From an uncultured delta proteobacterium (GTDB taxonomy: Bacteria; Desulfobacterota; RBG-13-43-22): a DNA stretch of 64,000 nucleotides. Location of the stretch: assembly GCA_963746605.1 (NCBI GenBank), contig CAVVCH010000007.1, positions 1,620 through 65,619 of the forward strand. Direction: 5' to 3'. Positions 61,076 through 64,000 of this stretch are shown here, piece by piece. The first letter of the stretch is position 1. Each line of letters begins with the position of its first letter. The notes below the pieces were generated by a model. It ran no database searches. It saw only the letters and a program-made list of their open reading frames with translations, and had not been told where the DNA came from. A program made the translations under genes and the position numbers.

Positions 61076-61303
61076 ATGATTAAAACAAAAGGATTGGCTT
61101 TGCAGGAGGCTTTGGATGCGGCTGATCATCTGCCCTTTGAGGATCAGGAAACATTGATCGAATTATTGCAGCGACGTTTTGTAGAAAAAAGAAGAGTGGA
61201 AATAGCTCGACATGCTAGAGAGACCATCAGGGCGGTAAGAGAAGGCAGGGCCAAGTATGGGAATATTGACGACCTTAAAAAAGACCTGCTGGGAAAACCG
61301 TGA
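61076..61303 (+). CDS. Probable antitoxin
   Basis: AGGAG RBS; LPFEDQETLIELL; C-terminal GNIDDLKKDL; GTGA overlap with toxin. Confidence 0.75.
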   Translation: MIKTKGLALQEALDAADHLPFEDQETLIELLQRRFVEKRRVEIARHARETIRAVREGRAKYGNIDDLKKDLLGKP

Positions 61304-61584
61304 GGCAGCTATCCTGGTCAACCAGTTTCCGTAGGGCCTTTAAGAAAAGGGTCGAGGGTAAGGCCACCTTAGAAGATAGAGTTTTTGAGGTTTTGGGGAG
61401 GTTAGCCGAGGACCCATATCACCCACTTCTGAAATCTCATAAACTAAGCGGCGCCTTGAAAGGGCTGTGGACGTGCTGGGTGGAATATGACTGCCGGATC
61501 ATTTTTACTTTTGAAAAGGACCCTAAAGGGAGTGGCGAGTTAATCATATTGGTAGATATCGGCAAACATGACGAGGTCTATTAA
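61300..61584 (+). CDS. RelE/StbE/YafQ family mRNA interferase toxin, apparently intact
   Basis: WSTSFRRAFK, LKSHKLSG.LKGLW, YDCRIIF, DIGKHDEVY. Confidence 0.9.
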   Translation: MRQLSWSTSFRRAFKKRVEGKATLEDRVFEVLGRLAEDPYHPLLKSHKLSGALKGLWTCWVEYDCRIIFTFEKDPKGSGELIILVDIGKHDEVY

Positions 61585-61664
61585 CCAGGTTGTCATGGAG
61601 AAGTGTCAATGAGCTATGAGCTGTTTTGTCACATGTCAAGACCTGGCACCACAATACGCAGCGC

Positions 61665-61806
61665 CAAATTAGCCCAATTAAGGGAGCATGTGGAAGAGAG
61701 GCTGATCACGCATCTGCGAAAGCGGCACAAGGTCAGAGATAGAAAGATGGGATACCTCAGGTTCAAACGGAGGGCGTTGTACGAGAAGTACGGTCTCTAC
61801 AAAGTG
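61665..61806 (+). pseudogene. Group II intron RT/maturase C-terminal fragment
   Basis: LREHVEERLITHLRKRHKVRDRKMGYLRF...LYEKYGLYKV resembles the end of maturase domain X. Confidence 0.6.
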
Positions 61807-61949
61807 CATGTCAATAGATCAGGCCTCGGAATTTTGGGATAGCCATGATTTTACTGAATTCCCAGATATTCAGGAAGTAAAAGGGGTTCGTTTCAAATGG
61901 TCAAAAGAGAAAGTCGGGGTCTAACCCCTGAGGCTCTGTGGTTTTGAAC

Positions 61950-62095
61950 CTCCGCTTTCCGTCCTCCGGTCTTTTTCTGTCTTCAGCCCTCCGTCATCTG
62001 TCGTCTGTCATCCGTCATCAGGTCTTTTTCCGTCGTCTGTCGTCCGCCCTCTGTCATCTGGTCTTTATCCGTCATCTGTCGTCTGTCATCTGACC
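61950..62095 (+). repeat. CTGTCAT/CCGTCAT right-arm array punctuated by GGTCTTT
   Basis: ccgtcatctgtcgtctgtcatccgtcatcaggtctttttccgtcgtctgtcgtccgccctctgtcatctggtcttt. Confidence 0.88.
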
Positions 62096-62340
62096 TCGCG
62101 CCCCCGGCGGGCAGCCGGTCTCAAGAAATCGAGTGCCCGATTTCTGGAGATTGAAAGGCAGTAACCGTGTCCATCCGTAAAATCCGTGCCAAAAAAGATG
62201 CCTTCGTTCCAGTCCAAATAGACCAGTAAGTTATGCAACTTTGAACCAACGTCCCGCATTATATAAGATCTATGAGCTGTATTCCTCGAACCCTTGGACC
62301 CTGTTTCTTTGCCATGAGCTAAGCAAACCAGATAACTTCA

Positions 62341-62491
62341 TTGAAAAGAAATCAGCTTATAAAACATCTTAATTTAAACGGGCAACCCTTTTAAGAGAAG
62401 GACGTCGCCATAGCATCTTTAAAAAAGGCTTGGCTAAAACGGAAGTTCCAAGGCATTCTGTAAAGACTTGGACATCCCTTTTGTGAGGTAA
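62341..62491 (+). pseudogene. HicA toxin with internal deletion and frameshift
   Basis: MKRNQLIKHL...LLREGRRHSIFKKGLAKTEVPRH joined to CKDLDIPFVR*; lacks REIVDELARKI seen in the 55474 paralog. Confidence 0.78.
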
Positions 62492-62496
62492 TCATT

Positions 62497-62706
62497 ATGA
62501 AATATCGGGCCATTATAAGAAAATCCGGCGATTGGTGGATCGGGTGGCTGATTGATTTGCCGGGGGTCAATGCGCAGGAAAAAACAAAGAAAAAACTGTT
62601 TGAATCCTTAAGGATCGGCGCTGAAGATATTCTGGCCACCGACATATCTTTCGATCCCAAGACCGAAATGGCTACGATCGATGTTCCCGATCCTGCCTGG
62701 GCCTGA
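62497..62706 (+). CDS. hicB: HicB family antitoxin (short form)
   Basis: MKYRAIIRKSGDWWIGWLIDLPGVNAQEKT. Confidence 0.88.
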   Translation: MKYRAIIRKSGDWWIGWLIDLPGVNAQEKTKKKLFESLRIGAEDILATDISFDPKTEMATIDVPDPAWA

Positions 62707-62747
62707 TTTTTCATCCTCCTTCAGAATGGCTCCGTCCGTGCCGGGCA

Positions 62748-62799
62748 GCCGGTCTTTTTCTGTCCTCTGTCGTCTGTCATCTGTCATCCGGTCTTTTCC
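62748..62799 (+). repeat. CTGTCAT right-arm array
   Basis: ccggtctttttctgtcctctgtcgtctgtcatctgtcatccggtctttt. Confidence 0.85.
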
Positions 62800-62928
62800 C
62801 GTTTTGCTAATTGGGGAAACAAAGCAAGGAATAAAAGGTTTTATGATCAAATGATTCCCTTAGCTGATCAAATTTTCGATGATTTCCTGGAATGTCAGGA
62901 GGAAATTTCCGGTGAAAAGAGTTATTAA
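62800..62928 (+). pseudogene. RelE/Gp49-like toxin C-terminal remnant
   Basis: VLLIG..NKARNKRFYDQMIPLADQIFDDFLE; begins right at the heptamer array; overlaps the HTH start. Confidence 0.65.
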
Positions 62929-63241
62929 GGAATACAAGGATTTTTTTATTGAAGCCAATAAAACCATGACGCCTGAAAGCGTTGTCCGGGCCGAGGAAAA
63001 GGCCAATCAGATTATGCTGAATCTTAAACTGGGCGAACTACGAAAGGAATTAGGCATTAAACAGGGGGACATCAAGGGGTTCAGCCAATCCGGTGTTTCA
63101 AAAATCGAAGGCAGAGAAGACTTAAAGATCTCCACGCTTATTTCATATTGTAAAGCTCTTGGGGTGGAGGTTGAAATAAAGACTTTTTTAAAAAAAGCGC
63201 TACCGAAGTCAAGGTCAAAGGTCCTCCTTCGCGCGGGTTGA
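62912..63241 (+). CDS. XRE/HigA family HTH antitoxin
   Basis: AGGAGG RBS with GTG start; LGELRKELGIKQ...SQSGVSKIE..EDLKISTLISYCKALG. Confidence 0.85.
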   Translation: MKRVIKEYKDFFIEANKTMTPESVVRAEEKANQIMLNLKLGELRKELGIKQGDIKGFSQSGVSKIEGREDLKISTLISYCKALGVEVEIKTFLKKALPKSRSKVLLRAG

Positions 63242-63269
63242 AGACTATCTTTTGGAAATTCCAGCTCTT

Positions 63270-63400
63270 AGGCTCTGTAGTTCCGTCCTCCGTCGTCTGT
63301 CATCTGTCATCCGGTCCCTGTGGCTCTGATCTCTGAGGCTCTGAAGTTCTGTCATCCGTCATCTGTCCTCTGTCATCCGTCTTTCGTCGTCTGTCATCCG
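63270..63400 (+). repeat. CTGTCAT right-arm array with interleaved GGCTCTGA octamers
   Basis: ccgtcctccgtcgtctgtcatctgtcatccgg..ggctctgatctctgaggctctgaagttctgtcatccgtcatctgtcctctgtcatccg. Confidence 0.85.
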
Positions 63401-63448
63401 CAGTTTGGAGGATTACAAGTAGTGTATATTTTAGGCATTTCCGCATAC

Positions 63449-64000
63449 TAGTATCATGTAACGTTAATATTTCGTATATTTAAAAAATATGCTATAATGG
63501 CGACAACTCACTGAGGGAGGTCGCCATGTCACCAAGATATCGAGTAACCTTGACCAAAGAGGAGCGCCAAGATCTGGAGACCCTGACCCATCGTGGAAAA
63601 ACCCACGCCAGAAAGTTTATCCATGCCCGTGCATTACTTTTATGTGATGCGGGGCCGGATGGACCAGCCTGGAATGTTTCCGACGTGGCCGCAGCGCTGG
63701 GGGTTACCAGTCGGGCGATTGAACACCTGAAGAAACGATTTGTTGAGGAAGGGCTGGAAGCGGCCCTGGAGCGTAAGCCTCGGGAAATGCCTCCACGAGA
63801 AGTCACCTTTGACGGAGCCTTTGAAGCCCGATTGATCGCTTTGGCCTGTTCCGAAGCCCCGGAAGGTCGTCGGCGGTGGACAGTCAGGCTCTTGGCCGAT
63901 AAGGCTGTCGAACTGGACTTTGCCCCTTCGGTATCGCATATGACGGTACAGCGGGTTTTAAAAAAAACGAACTTAAACCTCACCGCAGCCGATACTGGAA
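63449..64000 (+). mobile_element. IS630-family element, left end and orfA (ATG 63526), running off the window
   Basis: MSPRYRVTLTKEER...RALLLCD...KRFVEEGLEAALERK...LIALACS.APEGRRRWTVRLLAD; TA at left end; A8C slippery site 63960-63968 whose -1 frame reads NELKPHRSRYW. Confidence 0.9.

Noticed and set aside
61603-61900. Intact group II intron
   Set aside because: No RT domains and no domain V/VI recognisable downstream.

Overview
Bacterial chromosomal window whose gene content (2-oxoacid:ferredoxin oxidoreductase subunits, HdrD/GlcF-type Fe-S proteins, TRAP transporters, a probable UGA-selenoprotein, Hcp) fits an anaerobic deltaproteobacterium (Desulfobacterota-like; inference). Layout: 1-13.8 kb 2-oxoacid/2-hydroxyacid catabolic cluster with two TRAP systems; 14-31.7 kb housekeeping (glgA, sensor kinase, secDF, radical SAM plus C-GCAxxG-C-C selenoprotein, ade, M24 peptidase, diguanylate cyclase, thyA, rlmN); 31.8-41 kb accessory island with attC-like sites, an 885-bp direct duplication, hcp, Rrf2 and TA genes; 41-50 kb housekeeping (hisI, hisG, engB and others); 50.5-64 kb exopolysaccharide locus running into a TA-gene array and an IS630 start. 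About 14 ORFs breaks are all single-base (+1) insertions and are most likely sequencing error. The most striking unexplained structure is a system of inverted, tandem 7-, 8- and 9-mer repeat arms (ATGACAG/CTGTCAT, AGCTCAT/ATGAGCT, GAAATCC/GGATTTC, CAAGGGTT/AACCCTTG, GACGCAAAG/CTTTGCGCC). They bracket four-helix-bundle genes and TA cargo in intergenic slots of the EPS operon, nest inside each other, and carry cargo that repeatedly loses its middle while keeping its ends; toxins are mostly destroyed and antitoxins mostly kept. No rRNA, tRNA or CRISPR array was recognised. All coordinates and alignments were made by eye.
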